Below are positions 18,601 through 28,360 of a stretch of DNA of 64,000 nucleotides, one piece after another. The stretch covers positions 1,920,001-1,984,000 of the forward strand of contig OY781066.1 in the NCBI GenBank assembly GCA_963676395.1. The letters are read 5' to 3'. The notes beneath the pieces are model-generated. The model was not told the origin of the DNA. It made no database searches and worked only from the letters and a program-made list of their open reading frames with translations. Numbering within the stretch: position 1 is the first letter of the stretch; the number at the start of each line of letters is the position of its first letter. This stretch comes from a bacterium (GTDB lineage Bacteria; Fidelibacterota; Fidelibacteria; Fidelibacterales; Fidelibacteraceae). Position numbers and translations under genes: made by a program.

Positions 18601-20068
18601 AAGGTGCTGCAAGGTGTAGATCATCAGCTGCTGCGAATGTTACTTCAACAGAATCTGAGTTTGCATCTTGAACTGCTTGCCAATCTGCAAGAGCAGCGTA
18701 AGTTGTACCTTTAAAGTTTACTGCTATAGAAGCAGATGCAATAATATTATTATCTGATTCAAGAACAGATGTTGAAGGAATAAGACCAATCGCTGCAGAA
18801 CCTGCATTACCAGTATGTTTGTTTACAAGAATATTGTTTTTTGCGACAATATCTACCGGACCGGTACCATTGGAGTGGTTTCCGATCGCATACACAGGAT
18901 CCGTACAAGAGGTTTGATTCATAACGATGGTGTTATGGTAAACTTTTAGGTTACCCATTGGATTTGCTGAACGAAGACCAATACCGTATGTAGGATAAGT
19001 TTCACTTGCATGACCCATATCAATCATATTGTTTTCAATATTGATAGGGTCGCTGGCATCTTCACTGTTTCCAGCAAAAGCAACTCCCATTAGATATGAT
19101 GAAGCTTTTGTAGCAGCTTCAGGAAAAGAAATAGTATTTCCTTTGATTTCAGTTGGGCCAGAAGCACCGGTAACATAGATACCATGTACATAATTGTATG
19201 TGTAAAGACCAGCACCCGAAGTAGGAAGCATAGTGATATTGTTGCCATTAAAAACACAATCGTTTACAACGTAAGTTGCAATACCACGAGCGGCGGCATA
19301 AATATCATTATTTGTAATTATACCATTTGAAGGTCCTGCGCCGCTTCCCCAAACAGCAATACCATCACGCCATGCGGGAAAATCTTCAGAGCAAATTTGA
19401 CAGTTGTCCACTACCCAGTTTTCTATACCTGCTACATCATTTTGTACAGCACCATATCTAAAACCTGTTGTAACACCATCAATATTTCTAATGATTAGGT
19501 TCTTTAATGTAATGTTATCGGCATCAGCTGTGTTTAATCCGAATGGTACTCTTGTATCATTTGTTTCAGTTGTAACCAATAGATTACGAGAATCTGAACC
19601 ATCATTACTTCCGTCAAAGGTTACATAACCTTTGTCAAAACCAATCATTTGTATGCCGTTACCTCTTGAAGCACCGGGTGTTACGATAAGAACTACGTCA
19701 CGACCGGCTGCAGGTTTTACGGTTACACAAGAGTCAGCATTCAAGTCGGCTGTAAATGTAAACGATTTGTCTCTTAATGTATCAGCATCAAGAATGAAGT
19801 TTATCATTCCACCTGCACCATTTGCGTTGAGCGAATCAACAGCAATGGATAAAGAATCAAAACCCATGGGGTTCGCTCCTTTGGGAATGTAGTAATCGCC
19901 TACTAATGGAACGCCACTTGCGACCATTACCTTTGCAGGTGCAGGCATTAGTAAAGCTCTATTCGCCATTTTTTCTGCCCAATCTTCATCGGGAGTTGCA
20001 TTCACATTGGCAAATGCAAAAACAGAAAAACAGAGAAAAGCTAACAATGCAATAAACACTTTTTTCAT
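15683..20068 (-). CDS. 1461-aa secreted multidomain protein (beta-helix, OB-fold-like and CBM-like domains) with a T9SS-type/FlgD-Ig C-terminal sorting domain
   Basis: Signal peptide; Asn-ladder beta-helix repeats; C-terminal FALHQNYPNPFNPTT...IYDLTGRQIRTL...WNG.D..G..VATGMYIYRL...KKMTFMK. Confidence 0.8.
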   Translation of the reverse strand: MKKVFIALLAFLCFSVFAFANVNATPDEDWAEKMANRALLMPAPAKVMVASGVPLVGDYYIPKGANPMGFDSLSIAVDSLNANGAGGMINFILDADTLRDKSFTFTADLNADSCVTVKPAAGRDVVLIVTPGASRGNGIQMIGFDKGYVTFDGSNDGSDSRNLLVTTETNDTRVPFGLNTADADNITLKNLIIRNIDGVTTGFRYGAVQNDVAGIENWVVDNCQICSEDFPAWRDGIAVWGSGAGPSNGIITNNDIYAAARGIATYVVNDCVFNGNNITMLPTSGAGLYTYNYVHGIYVTGASGPTEIKGNTISFPEAATKASSYLMGVAFAGNSEDASDPINIENNMIDMGHASETYPTYGIGLRSANPMGNLKVYHNTIVMNQTSCTDPVYAIGNHSNGTGPVDIVAKNNILVNKHTGNAGSAAIGLIPSTSVLESDNNIIASASIAVNFKGTTYAALADWQAVQDANSDSVEVTFAAADDLHLAAPSDEDVNLVMPTVGIVEDIDGDDRGIYLAYAGADEGTAYPNNDLDLTFDTDADVTNWSHHDEANGWTVEAHENSALRLSDAGFSMIAKRPIKATDGSLYKLSVDIKTVAWAGAPTPLALTVQGLGNDDVAVEIVSEGVWTTFTLMGIADGEDGYIRIYGSNVSGQDTVWVDNVMWDDQYMDVVPSESIADVKLVPNYEWAACVGVVTNVSTGAPIFMEDATAGISLYDWDFINDGIVEEGDEILIYGKRSTYKGLVQIQNTDDNYQVLSKDNAIEPTLITVADLDSRDYQGMLVKLNDIDTTNGFSWPTEGNDASITLTDGVNEFTMRIDRDSEVDGSEAPESWPIDLIGVISEYDTPQVMPRFRSDIITNQAPGAFAWINPVDGDTVSSMDDPALVDVVVAPGDTAKALFANWTESADEDSVVYEWVFIGEGPDDVPTTTDTFMVIPLNMDAPFEMNGTYNIAIKATDPMGKETMSDTIEFTFDFPAPPMVVNADVVLVDGAPQYYVEFDMDVTAEVADFKVLKGATATAATAVAPVGGNAVMVTVPLTEDEEVALIVDGVTPVGGTLSEADTTETVKVLIPFSDAHPEDAAMLMEGFEGATFNFKTPGYSGSTSGIVKDNSTLAASDEEAYEGSKSGKITIVDDPAVEGGWFIRMPYVYPYAQTVKTTSTLILMVKGTGNVDLALTITENPGYERMIWKSVSLCANDWQVVSFDLANDEAEGWVNGNGTVEGTTVMVGDLHMKSDVDEDVVLYIDGFTERQVLSPVDITFNVNMKEWLRRDNFNPVSNYVDIAGTMNGWGATSTLLSDFDGDTTYSVTIPLMPFSTQSFKFRIDGSWDAGKSEFPNGAPNRDLTIPAAAAEYTYWFNNDTLVVSTVGIPAEFALHQNYPNPFNPTTMIEFDLPEVADVSLVIYDLTGRQIRTLVNGSINAGYRGITWNGCDDFGNGVATGMYIYRLKAGNFVDVKKMTFMK

Positions 20069-20378
20069 GTGTTTCTCCTTCTGTTTGTTATAAACATGGT
20101 TGTTAATTCATTACCAAAAAATATATGACTTATATAGCATAGGCACAATAGTTTTTTACAAAGGAAAGCCGCTGCTTTTATCTTTGTGGGTAATTTATGG
20201 TTTTATAAGAATATTGCTTAAATTTCGATAGATTAAAGGTGAAATATTTGTTATGTAAAAGATGAATTAGTAATAATTAATAATTTGGTGAGTAATTAAA
20301 GGTTTAGGATTTATGCCGATAGTAATAAATGTATAAAATGCAAGTGTGACTTTTATTTGGTGTGAATTTCTTGGGTAA

Positions 20379-20996
20379 TTATTGGTACTTTTTTACGATT
20401 TCTTCTAAGTCAATTTTGAATATGGAATACATCCCCATATTTCGAAGAATAGCTGCCGGATGATAAGTTACACGTAAACTGGTATTATGATAATGATAGG
20501 TAATGCCGCGCATATCTTTGAGTGCGTTTTTTGCCCTTAATAATGTGTTGGCAGCGACTCTTCCCAAAGCGATAATAACATTGGGTTTAATGATCTCAAT
20601 TTGTTTGTGTAAATAGTTTTCACAAAGGGCGATCTCTTCAGGAAGAGGATCACGATTTTTGGGAGGGCGACATTTTAATACGTTAGCAATGAAAATATCT
20701 TGGCGACTTAACCCGACTTCAGTAAGCACTTTGTCAAGCAACTTACCTGATCGCCCTACAAAAGGGACACCCATTTTATCTTCCTGTTCACCCGGGGCTT
20801 CACCCACAAACATGATGTTTGCGTCGGGATTTCCCGCTCCAAAAACAAAATGTTGGCGTGATGTGCTCAAATCGCATTTTTCACACTGAGAGATTTCGTA
20901 AAAGTAGTCTTCTAATGGATGTTTGTCCGGAGAAGAAATGATCTCTTTGCCGTATACATCTCGCATGTACTCGAGAAAAGGTAACTTTTCTTGCAT
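20379..20996 (-). CDS. Uracil-DNA glycosylase family 4 (Fe-S type)
   Basis: CEKCDL, VGEAPG, PFVGRSG, NVLKCRPP, TYHPAA. Confidence 0.93.
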   Translation of the reverse strand: MQEKLPFLEYMRDVYGKEIISSPDKHPLEDYFYEISQCEKCDLSTSRQHFVFGAGNPDANIMFVGEAPGEQEDKMGVPFVGRSGKLLDKVLTEVGLSRQDIFIANVLKCRPPKNRDPLPEEIALCENYLHKQIEIIKPNVIIALGRVAANTLLRAKNALKDMRGITYHYHNTSLRVTYHPAAILRNMGMYSIFKIDLEEIVKKYQ

Positions 20997-21002
20997 AGCT
21001 GT

Positions 21003-22220
21003 TTATCCGTTTTGGGTAATGGTTTGCCAAATTTTATCTGCAGTCAATTTTTTACTGAGTTTTGGCAGTGGCATTATTTGCTTATCTTTTGATATAATCG
21101 TTACTTGATTGTTGTCTGAAGCAAATGCAGTATCCTTGTTTCTTGGATTATTTAAAATGATCCAATCCAAATTCTTTTTTATGATCTTTCTAATGGAATT
21201 TTCTGTTTCATTTTCTACTTCCACACTAAAGCCGATCAAAGTTTGGGATTCTTTGTTTTGTCCCAATTCTTCTAAAATATCCGGTGTTTTTTCAAGTGGA
21301 AGCATGTCAGGGATATCTTGCTTTTTTATTTTACCATTTCTGGCCCTGACGGGCCGAATGTCTTCAACGGCGGCGCTCATCACGACATAATCTTGTTCAG
21401 CGTAGTCTGATAAGACCGCTTTTCGCATGTCTTCGGCAGTATTTACACATGTTGTTTTGCAACCAATGGGAGCAGGTAGGGACGTCGGACCGGATATATA
21501 ATGAACGATCGCACCTGCTTTTGCAGCCGATTCTGCCAGGGCTTTGCCCATTTTCCCTGTAGAAGGATTCGAGATAAAACGAATATCATCAATATATTCG
21601 CGGGTAGGACCACCGGTAATTAATACGTGTTTATTGTAAAGTGGAGTTTTTTTTTGAGCCGACAGTGCTTTTTCCAGTTCGCTTAATAAGATCTGTTCAT
21701 CCGGAAGCCTGCCTATACCACAGCCTTCTTCGTTGGTGGCAAGTTCACCTGTCGTTGGTTCAATGATATGATATTGAAGACTTTTTAAGTATTCAATGTT
21801 TTTCTGCGTGACCGGATTAAGGTACATATGTTTGTTCATGGCGGGGGCAATAACGGTTTGCTCGGGTTTAGCTACCAATAGCATGGTGCTTAACTCATCA
21901 TCGGCTATACCGTTAGCCATTTTTGCAACAATATTACCTGTAGCTGGGATCACGGCTACAAGATCAGCACTTTGGACCAGATCAATGTGACGAGTACCCA
22001 CAATGCCGTTTTCTGCTTTGAACATGTGGGTAATAACTTCTTTACCGGAAAAGGTCTCAAAGATCAACGGTGTCATAAACTTTTGCGCGGACTCGGTCAT
22101 TACCACCTGAACATTGCATTCAAGGTCGCGGGTTAGGCGGCGTAAAAGTCCGGCAACTTTATAAATTGCTATACCACCCGTTATTCCCAAAACGATTGAT
22201 TTTCCGCGTAAAGCAGACAT
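21003..22220 (-). CDS. coaBC: Bifunctional phosphopantothenoylcysteine decarboxylase/ligase
   Basis: GITGGIAIYK, PAMN, TGGPTREYIDDIRFISNPSTGKMG. Confidence 0.95.
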   Translation of the reverse strand: MSALRGKSIVLGITGGIAIYKVAGLLRRLTRDLECNVQVVMTESAQKFMTPLIFETFSGKEVITHMFKAENGIVGTRHIDLVQSADLVAVIPATGNIVAKMANGIADDELSTMLLVAKPEQTVIAPAMNKHMYLNPVTQKNIEYLKSLQYHIIEPTTGELATNEEGCGIGRLPDEQILLSELEKALSAQKKTPLYNKHVLITGGPTREYIDDIRFISNPSTGKMGKALAESAAKAGAIVHYISGPTSLPAPIGCKTTCVNTAEDMRKAVLSDYAEQDYVVMSAAVEDIRPVRARNGKIKKQDIPDMLPLEKTPDILEELGQNKESQTLIGFSVEVENETENSIRKIIKKNLDWIILNNPRNKDTAFASDNNQVTIISKDKQIMPLPKLSKKLTADKIWQTITQNG

Positions 22221-22223
22221 GGT

Positions 22224-22508
22224 TTACTCTTCGACTTCTAAGTCTTCGTCAAGTTCTTTGTCTTCTTCGTATTCGAATTCAATTTCACCGCGTTCATATT
22301 CTTCCATAGCGAGTGAAGCGGGTTTTTCGAATGAATCGAAATCTACATCGCTTTCAACGAATTCATCACTTTCCAGATCGACCATGTTTTGGATAGGGTA
22401 TTCTTCATTCCGTCTTTGATTGATCTGACGTGCGCGTTTTGCCATCACGGTGATCGCTTCAAAAATGTCATCCGGGCGTTCGCCTTTAAAACGGAAATCT
22501 TTTTTCAT
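22224..22508 (-). CDS. rpoZ: RNA polymerase omega subunit
   Basis: IFEAITVMAKRARQIN...KPASLAMEE; located between gmk and coaBC. Confidence 0.85.
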   Translation of the reverse strand: MKKDFRFKGERPDDIFEAITVMAKRARQINQRRNEEYPIQNMVDLESDEFVESDVDFDSFEKPASLAMEEYERGEIEFEYEEDKELDEDLEVEE

Positions 22509-23077
22509 TGGATTGCCTCCAGTTTATTCATAATAAGGGTCTCTATGTTTAAGACCGCATCATTTAATTTATCATTAATTATGATGTGGTCAAACTTTTC
22601 TTTTTCTTTGCGTTCTTCGGGTATGCGCGATAAACGTTTCTGTAATGAGGTTTCATTTTCACTGCCGCGATTACGTAAACGGTCTACCAGTGTCGCCATA
22701 TTGGGCACGTCAATAAAGAATGATATCTGATTTTCAGGATACTCGTTTAAGATGTTTAAAGCACCTTTTACATCAATATCAAGAATATAAACTTTACCTT
22801 CGTCCAATGCTTTTTCCAAGGGCTCACGTGGTGTTCCGTAAAAATCTGTATGCACATGTTCGTATTCAAGCAGTGCTTTATTCTCAACTTTGTCAAGAAA
22901 GTCTTCTTTCTTGATAAAGTGATAGTGCTGGCCGTCGATTTCGCCTTCGCGAGGTTCTCGAGTTGTACATGATACGGAGAATTCCCAGTCCGGATGCTTT
23001 TCTTTTAAAGCTTTAATAATAGTGGACTTTCCACCTCCGCTAAAGGAGACGAATATAATAAGTAGACCTTTTCTCAT
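22505..23077 (-). CDS. gmk: Guanylate kinase
   Basis: SGGGKST, SCTTREPREGEIDGQHYHF, YGTP, LDIDVKGA. Confidence 0.95.
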   Translation of the reverse strand: MRKGLLIIFVSFSGGGKSTIIKALKEKHPDWEFSVSCTTREPREGEIDGQHYHFIKKEDFLDKVENKALLEYEHVHTDFYGTPREPLEKALDEGKVYILDIDVKGALNILNEYPENQISFFIDVPNMATLVDRLRNRGSENETSLQKRLSRIPEERKEKEKFDHIIINDKLNDAVLNIETLIMNKLEAIQ

Positions 23078-23949
23078 TGGATATTCTGTACCTGTTCTCT
23101 AACCGTTTCTAACTGGTTCTTAACTTCAACAACCAATTGCGAGATCTCACTGCTATTGGCTTTATTGCCCATGGTCGTAATCTCGCGATTCATTTCTTGT
23201 AATAAGAAATTCAATCGTTTTCCCACACTGTCGTTTTCTTTTAAATAAGCTTCAAATTGAATGATGTGTGATTTGAAACGGTCGGTTTCTTCACTGATAT
23301 CCAATTTATCTGCCATTTGGACGATCTCTTGGTGAAGCTGTGATTCATTGGGATCTTCATTCAGCAATGTGCTGATTCGAGAACGTAGTGTTTCGATATG
23401 CTTGGGGATATTATTTTTTTGTAAAGCAATGATCTTTTGCAACTGTGCATCCATGGAGGAGAGTTTTTCGGTAAATATTTGTAGAATGTATTCACCTTCT
23501 TTGTTTTCCATGTTTTTGAGCTCGACCAAGGCATTATCTAATATGGGTAAAATGTCAGTTTCCACTTGTTCCCGATCCAAGGAACTTTCTTCGAGTGTCA
23601 TGATCTCCGGTTGACTAAGTAGATCCTGTATACTGATTGGAGCATCAATGCCTGTTTCGTTTTTGATTTCTTGCAATGAGCTTACAAAGCTATCAAGAAG
23701 GCCCTTGTTCACGGAGTAGGAGGCTAGGGTACTGGTACTGGAATTTACATTTAGATAACAATGTACATTGCCTCGTTTAATATGCTTACGGATGTATTTA
23801 CGCATACTTTCTTCAAGAAAACTCAAGTATTTTGGGACCGAAATAAATACTTCAAGATAGCGGCTGTTTACCGATTTTATCTCAATTGCCACATCCATAT
23901 TTTGGATGTTTCCTTCCGCTTTTCCGAATCCTGTCATACTTGTCAGCAT
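23074..23949 (-). CDS. yicC: YicC/YloC-family endoribonuclease
   Basis: SMTGFG, EIKSVNSRYLE, DISEETDR, GKRLNFLLQEMNRE, REQVQNIQ. Start at 23949 with a GGAG RBS. Confidence 0.93.
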   Translation of the reverse strand: MLTSMTGFGKAEGNIQNMDVAIEIKSVNSRYLEVFISVPKYLSFLEESMRKYIRKHIKRGNVHCYLNVNSSTSTLASYSVNKGLLDSFVSSLQEIKNETGIDAPISIQDLLSQPEIMTLEESSLDREQVETDILPILDNALVELKNMENKEGEYILQIFTEKLSSMDAQLQKIIALQKNNIPKHIETLRSRISTLLNEDPNESQLHQEIVQMADKLDISEETDRFKSHIIQFEAYLKENDSVGKRLNFLLQEMNREITTMGNKANSSEISQLVVEVKNQLETVREQVQNIQ

Positions 23950-24320
23950 AAACGCTCCATTTTTTAGCAACATAAGATACAATATTTGTTGATAAATCCA
24001 AGATAAAATATTGATTTTAAGTGTGTAAGACATGAGACCTAAGTCCTAAGATGGAATTATAAATGATAAATTATGCGCTGTTTAATGTGATGTAAAATGT
24101 GTGGAAGTCTGTCATTTTGATTATAACTAATTCCGAAGTGTTGATGGAAACGTAGCGTAGAGATCAGCTTATAGCTTGAACATGATAAAATATTGCAGAA
24201 GAGAAAGCCAAAATTGTGACTCGTGCTTGAATGTTGAGGTAAGCTCCGGGCACTTGATTTATAAAAATTAATTAATCACTCATTTGATTGTTCAAGATGA
24301 GTCGTCCGATTTTTAGTTTG

Positions 24321-24358
24321 TTCAAAAAAACCTCGAGTATAAGCCCGAGGTTTTTGAA
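24321..24358. repeat. Family-B palindrome, likely also the OPT gene terminator
   Basis: ttcaaaaaaacctcgagtataagcccgaggtttttgaa. Confidence 0.6.
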
Positions 24359-24378
24359 ATGATATTTGTCTCGTTTGT

Positions 24379-26265
24379 TTATTTAAGCACTTCTTTTTTC
24401 TTTGCCGTAAAGTACAACCAAATGGCCACAGCGGCAAAGAGGACAATGCCTAACCATTTAAAACCGCCGATGGCAGGCCACCAGTTTTTGTTGGCGGTAA
24501 TAAAGATAGGAACAGCGACAAGGATACCCATTAGTGCTTCACCGGTAATAAGTCCGGATGCAAACAGCAGTCCGTTCTTTTCATTGTTCTTTACGCGTTC
24601 CTTGGTGAAATAAGAGATTAAGCCACCAATGAATACCGGAACAGAAAGTGAGATCGGAAGATATAATCCAACCGCAACCGCCAGCACAGGCATACGGAAT
24701 TTTGATCCGCGTTTTTCTAGTATAATATCGACAATAATAATGGCTGCGCCCAAAACGGCACCAATCGCGATCATATTCCAGGGAAGTCCGCCATGAAATA
24801 CACCTTGAGCAACTGACATCATAAGGGTCGCTTGCGGAGCGGATAGCGTTTCGGAACCGATGGTATAAGCAGTATGAAGAATATCCAAAGTTAAGCCCAA
24901 AGCGAATGCGGCAGAAACCGTACCGACGATTTGCATGATCTGCTGTTTCCATGGAGTGGCGCCGAGAATATGTCCGGCTTTTAAATCTTGTAGATTATCA
25001 CCCGCGATCGAAGCCGCACAACAAACTACCGCACCAATAATAATGGCACCGGCCGCTCCTTCGGGGGAACCTGAACCCATAAGCAAGAGCAGTAGCAACG
25101 ATGAGAATAAGATGGTTGCAATGGTTACACCTGAAATGGGGTTGTTCGATGAGCCGACCAATCCACCCATATATCCGGCAACAGCGGAGAATAGGAAACC
25201 AAACACCAGCATAACGGCTGTCATGATCAAGGTGATGGGGACACTATGTAAAACATCCAAATAAAGTAAGAAAAGAGGAATTGAAGAAAGGGCAACGATA
25301 CCAATAACCCATTTGATGGAAATATCCTGTTCCGTGCTTTTCATTTCAACACCACGGTCAGCTGCTCGGTGAGCATCTAAAGAAGCTTTAATGCCGGCAA
25401 TGAGTGGTTTAAATAATTTAACTACAGACCAAAGTCCACCAACGACCATAGCTCCTACACCCAAATAGCGGATCTGTGTGCTCCAAATCGTGTTAGCGAT
25501 ATCCATGGTAATTGCACCTTCGTAGCCCGTTACAGTTGTATAGATGGGAAGAACCACCATCCATGAAAGCAGACCACCTGCGATCATGAGAGTTGATATA
25601 TTTAATCCGATAATATAACCTACACCTAAAAGCGCAGGTGAAAGGTCAGAGCCAAAACCGAATACTGTTTTAACGCCTTTAGCATTCTTAAAACCAAAAG
25701 CGCCTTCGGCAGACTGATGCCACATGGCAAAACCCTGTTGCATGAGTTTGAGTAGACCGCCAATCAAGCCGGCTTTCAGGATCATTCCCAAACTTTTACC
25801 GCCTTCTTTGCTGTTACGGGCTTCGTCACCGGCTTTCAGCACTTCGGCTGTTGCAACACCTTCAGGGTAAGTTAGTTTAGCTTCAATGATTAAGGCACGG
25901 CGTAGAGGAATAGTGAACATTACACCGATAATACCACCGACTGCCGACATTTTGGCAATGGCCATGTAATCAAAATCAGTCCAATAGCCCATCAGTACCA
26001 GTGCGGGTATAGTAAAAATCACGCCGGCTGCCAGCGATTCACCGGCTGATGCTGCGGTTTGAACAATATTATTTTCAAGAATGCTTGAGCGGCGGAACAT
26101 TCGCAAAACACCCATAGAGATAACGGCCGCCGGAATAGATGCCGAAACGGTCATCCCCGCGAATAAACCCAAATACGCGTTTGCCGCAGCAAGAATGATA
26201 GATAGCAATATACCTAGAATAACCGACTTAATGGTAATTTCCAGCATGCCTTTCTTTTTTGTCAT
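24379..26265 (-). CDS. OPT-family oligopeptide transporter
   Basis: NAYLGLFAGMTVSASIPAAVIS, YPEGVATAEVL, GSSNNPISG, QDLKAGHILGATPWKQQ. Confidence 0.93.
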   Translation of the reverse strand: MTKKKGMLEITIKSVILGILLSIILAAANAYLGLFAGMTVSASIPAAVISMGVLRMFRRSSILENNIVQTAASAGESLAAGVIFTIPALVLMGYWTDFDYMAIAKMSAVGGIIGVMFTIPLRRALIIEAKLTYPEGVATAEVLKAGDEARNSKEGGKSLGMILKAGLIGGLLKLMQQGFAMWHQSAEGAFGFKNAKGVKTVFGFGSDLSPALLGVGYIIGLNISTLMIAGGLLSWMVVLPIYTTVTGYEGAITMDIANTIWSTQIRYLGVGAMVVGGLWSVVKLFKPLIAGIKASLDAHRAADRGVEMKSTEQDISIKWVIGIVALSSIPLFLLYLDVLHSVPITLIMTAVMLVFGFLFSAVAGYMGGLVGSSNNPISGVTIATILFSSLLLLLLMGSGSPEGAAGAIIIGAVVCCAASIAGDNLQDLKAGHILGATPWKQQIMQIVGTVSAAFALGLTLDILHTAYTIGSETLSAPQATLMMSVAQGVFHGGLPWNMIAIGAVLGAAIIIVDIILEKRGSKFRMPVLAVAVGLYLPISLSVPVFIGGLISYFTKERVKNNEKNGLLFASGLITGEALMGILVAVPIFITANKNWWPAIGGFKWLGIVLFAAVAIWLYFTAKKKEVLK

Positions 26266-26473
26266 AGTTTTCCTTTTTATCCCGTTTTTTAGTTTCAGTT
26301 AAGGATAATATACAAAGAATGTTTATTGCTAGAAAGTGCTTTTATTGTGAGAGAGTGCTTTGTGAATGATGAACGATAAAAACATAATGAATCGGAGTTT
26401 GTATGAGCATGTAGGGTTGTGTATGAGCGTATTTTTGTCGTTGAAGTGTCGAAGCTCGAAATTGATTTGTTTT

Positions 26474-26508
26474 AGTAAACAGTAAACGGTAAGCAGTAAG
26501 TAGTAAAT
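26474..26508. repeat. Degenerate AGTAAAC-type 7-bp array
   Basis: agtaaac agtaaac ggtaagc agtaagt agtaaat. Confidence 0.7.
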
Positions 26509-26720
26509 GGTGGTAAAGGTGGAGACAGTCATGGTCATGAAGAGTATTTCAATGTGTTTACGACAATTTGTAACTTACTATTTGTTCTTGCCTTCATTCA
26601 CTTTGACTTTTGTAGGTTTTTGACTTTATTCTTTTATCCTTAATTCTTGAACACCTTCTCATTCCTGTTTCATTTTGGATCAAAATATGTTATCTTACGC
26701 AGATATAAAAAGGAAGGCAA

Positions 26721-28244
26721 ATGAGCGAACAAAAGGTACAAGAAAAGCACTCGACACTGGACAACATCCTTGAACAACGCAAGGAGAAGATTGTAAAATT
26801 AAAAGAGATGGGCATTGAGCCTTATCCCTATTCATATAAGGTGACTTACAAGAGTCAGGAGATTCTTGATAGTTATAATGAAGAAGATGAAAAATGGAAT
26901 GAAAAAACGGTTTCCCTTGCCGGTCGTTTAATGAATAAACGTGTCATGGGAAAAGCCTCTTTCGCGCATATACAAGATGCTGCCGGTCGTATTCAGCTTT
27001 ATGTTTCCAAGAATGATATTGGTGAAGAACCTTATGTCATGTTCAAACTTTTAGATATCGGTGATATTATCGGCGTTGAAGGTATTGTGATGAAGACACG
27101 TACCGGTGAAACCACCATTAAAGCAAAATCAGTTACCTTGTTGACAAAGAATATTCGCCCTTTACCGATCGTTAAAGAAAAAGACGGTGAAGTGTTCGAT
27201 GCTTTTGCCGATAAAGAACAGCGTTATCGTAAACGCTATCTTGACCTTATTGTTAATCCTGAAGTCAAAGATACTTTTATTAAACGTGCTGAGATCACAC
27301 GTGCTACCCGTAAATTCTTTGATGATCGTGGTTACCTCGAAGTGGAAACACCTATTTTACAATCACTTTACGGCGGTGCTAATGCTCGTCCTTTTGTGAC
27401 TCATCACAATTCATTGGATCAGGATCTCTATCTTCGTATCGCGGATGAACTATACCTCAAGCGCCTCATCGTAGGTGGTTTTGATAAAGTTTATGAATTT
27501 TCCCGTAACTTCCGAAACGAAGGTATGGATCGTTCTCATAATCCTGAATTTACGGCTATCGAATTCTATGAAGCTTATGTGGATTATTTTTACATGATGG
27601 ATTTCGTGGAAGATTATTTTAAGAAAATTGCTAAGCATACCGGATCCATGCAGATCGAATATCGCGGTGAAGAACTTGATTTCTCTAAGCCTTTCGCAAG
27701 AAAGCCTATGGCTGATCTTTTTAAAGAACATGTGGGTATTGATATTGTTGATTACACCGAAGCTGATTTTGCAGCTTGGTGTGAGACGAAAGGCATGGAT
27801 TATGATCCCAAATGGAATTACGGTCAATTTCTTGATAAACTTTTCGATGAATTTATTGAACCGAAATTGATCCAACCGACATTCGTGATCGATTACCCTA
27901 AAGCTATTTCACCGCTGGCTAAAGTCCGTCGTGATGGTGATGGACGCTTCGTAGAACGTTTTGAATTGTTTATTTGCGGTTCAGAATATGCGAATGCTTT
28001 TTCAGAATTGAATGATCCTCTCGATCAACGGGAACGTTTAGAGAATCAGGATCGTTTGCGTGTGGAAGGCGACGATGAAGCGCAGACTTTTGATGAAGAC
28101 TTCATTCAAGCTATAGAAACGGGAATGCCGCCAACCGGTGGTGTAGGCATTGGCTTTGATCGTGTGATCATGATGTTTACCGGTCAGACCAGTATTAAAG
28201 ATGTTTTATTGTTCCCGGCGATGCGTTCTGAAAAATTGTCATAA
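26721..28244 (+). CDS. lysS: Lysine--tRNA ligase (class II)
   Basis: RYRKRYLDL, YGGANARPF, FRNEG..HNPEFT, GMPPTGGVGIGFDR. Confidence 0.97.
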   Translation: MSEQKVQEKHSTLDNILEQRKEKIVKLKEMGIEPYPYSYKVTYKSQEILDSYNEEDEKWNEKTVSLAGRLMNKRVMGKASFAHIQDAAGRIQLYVSKNDIGEEPYVMFKLLDIGDIIGVEGIVMKTRTGETTIKAKSVTLLTKNIRPLPIVKEKDGEVFDAFADKEQRYRKRYLDLIVNPEVKDTFIKRAEITRATRKFFDDRGYLEVETPILQSLYGGANARPFVTHHNSLDQDLYLRIADELYLKRLIVGGFDKVYEFSRNFRNEGMDRSHNPEFTAIEFYEAYVDYFYMMDFVEDYFKKIAKHTGSMQIEYRGEELDFSKPFARKPMADLFKEHVGIDIVDYTEADFAAWCETKGMDYDPKWNYGQFLDKLFDEFIEPKLIQPTFVIDYPKAISPLAKVRRDGDGRFVERFELFICGSEYANAFSELNDPLDQRERLENQDRLRVEGDDEAQTFDEDFIQAIETGMPPTGGVGIGFDRVIMMFTGQTSIKDVLLFPAMRSEKLS

Positions 28245-28360
28245 CGGAATGATCTGACTTTTTTAAGAAGATAACAGAAATTAGCTGATTTCTTTTTGAC
28301 AGGACACACATGATGTCCTGCCCTTGATTTAATATATTAACGCAAAAAGCATATTAAGCA

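Noticed and set aside
16740..19892. Several plus-strand ORFs of 69-115 aa
   Set aside because: They are antisense shadows of the 1461-aa gene, with no RBS or recognisable motifs.
23950..24033. ORF-track N-terminal extension of yicC (similar cases at 6472-6510, 10310, 29511, 35818, 55762, 59325-59393 and 61588)
   Set aside because: Downstream starts fit family N-termini, signal peptides, RBS or promoter positions better.
26334..26362. CIRCE-like GAGTGCT half-site
   Set aside because: There is no matching TTAGCACTC arm at 9-bp spacing, and it is not near a chaperone gene.
26329..26538. 69-aa minus-strand ORF
   Set aside because: Its translation (TTIYYLLLTVYCLL) is a by-product of the 6- and 7-bp repeat arrays; there is no coding evidence.
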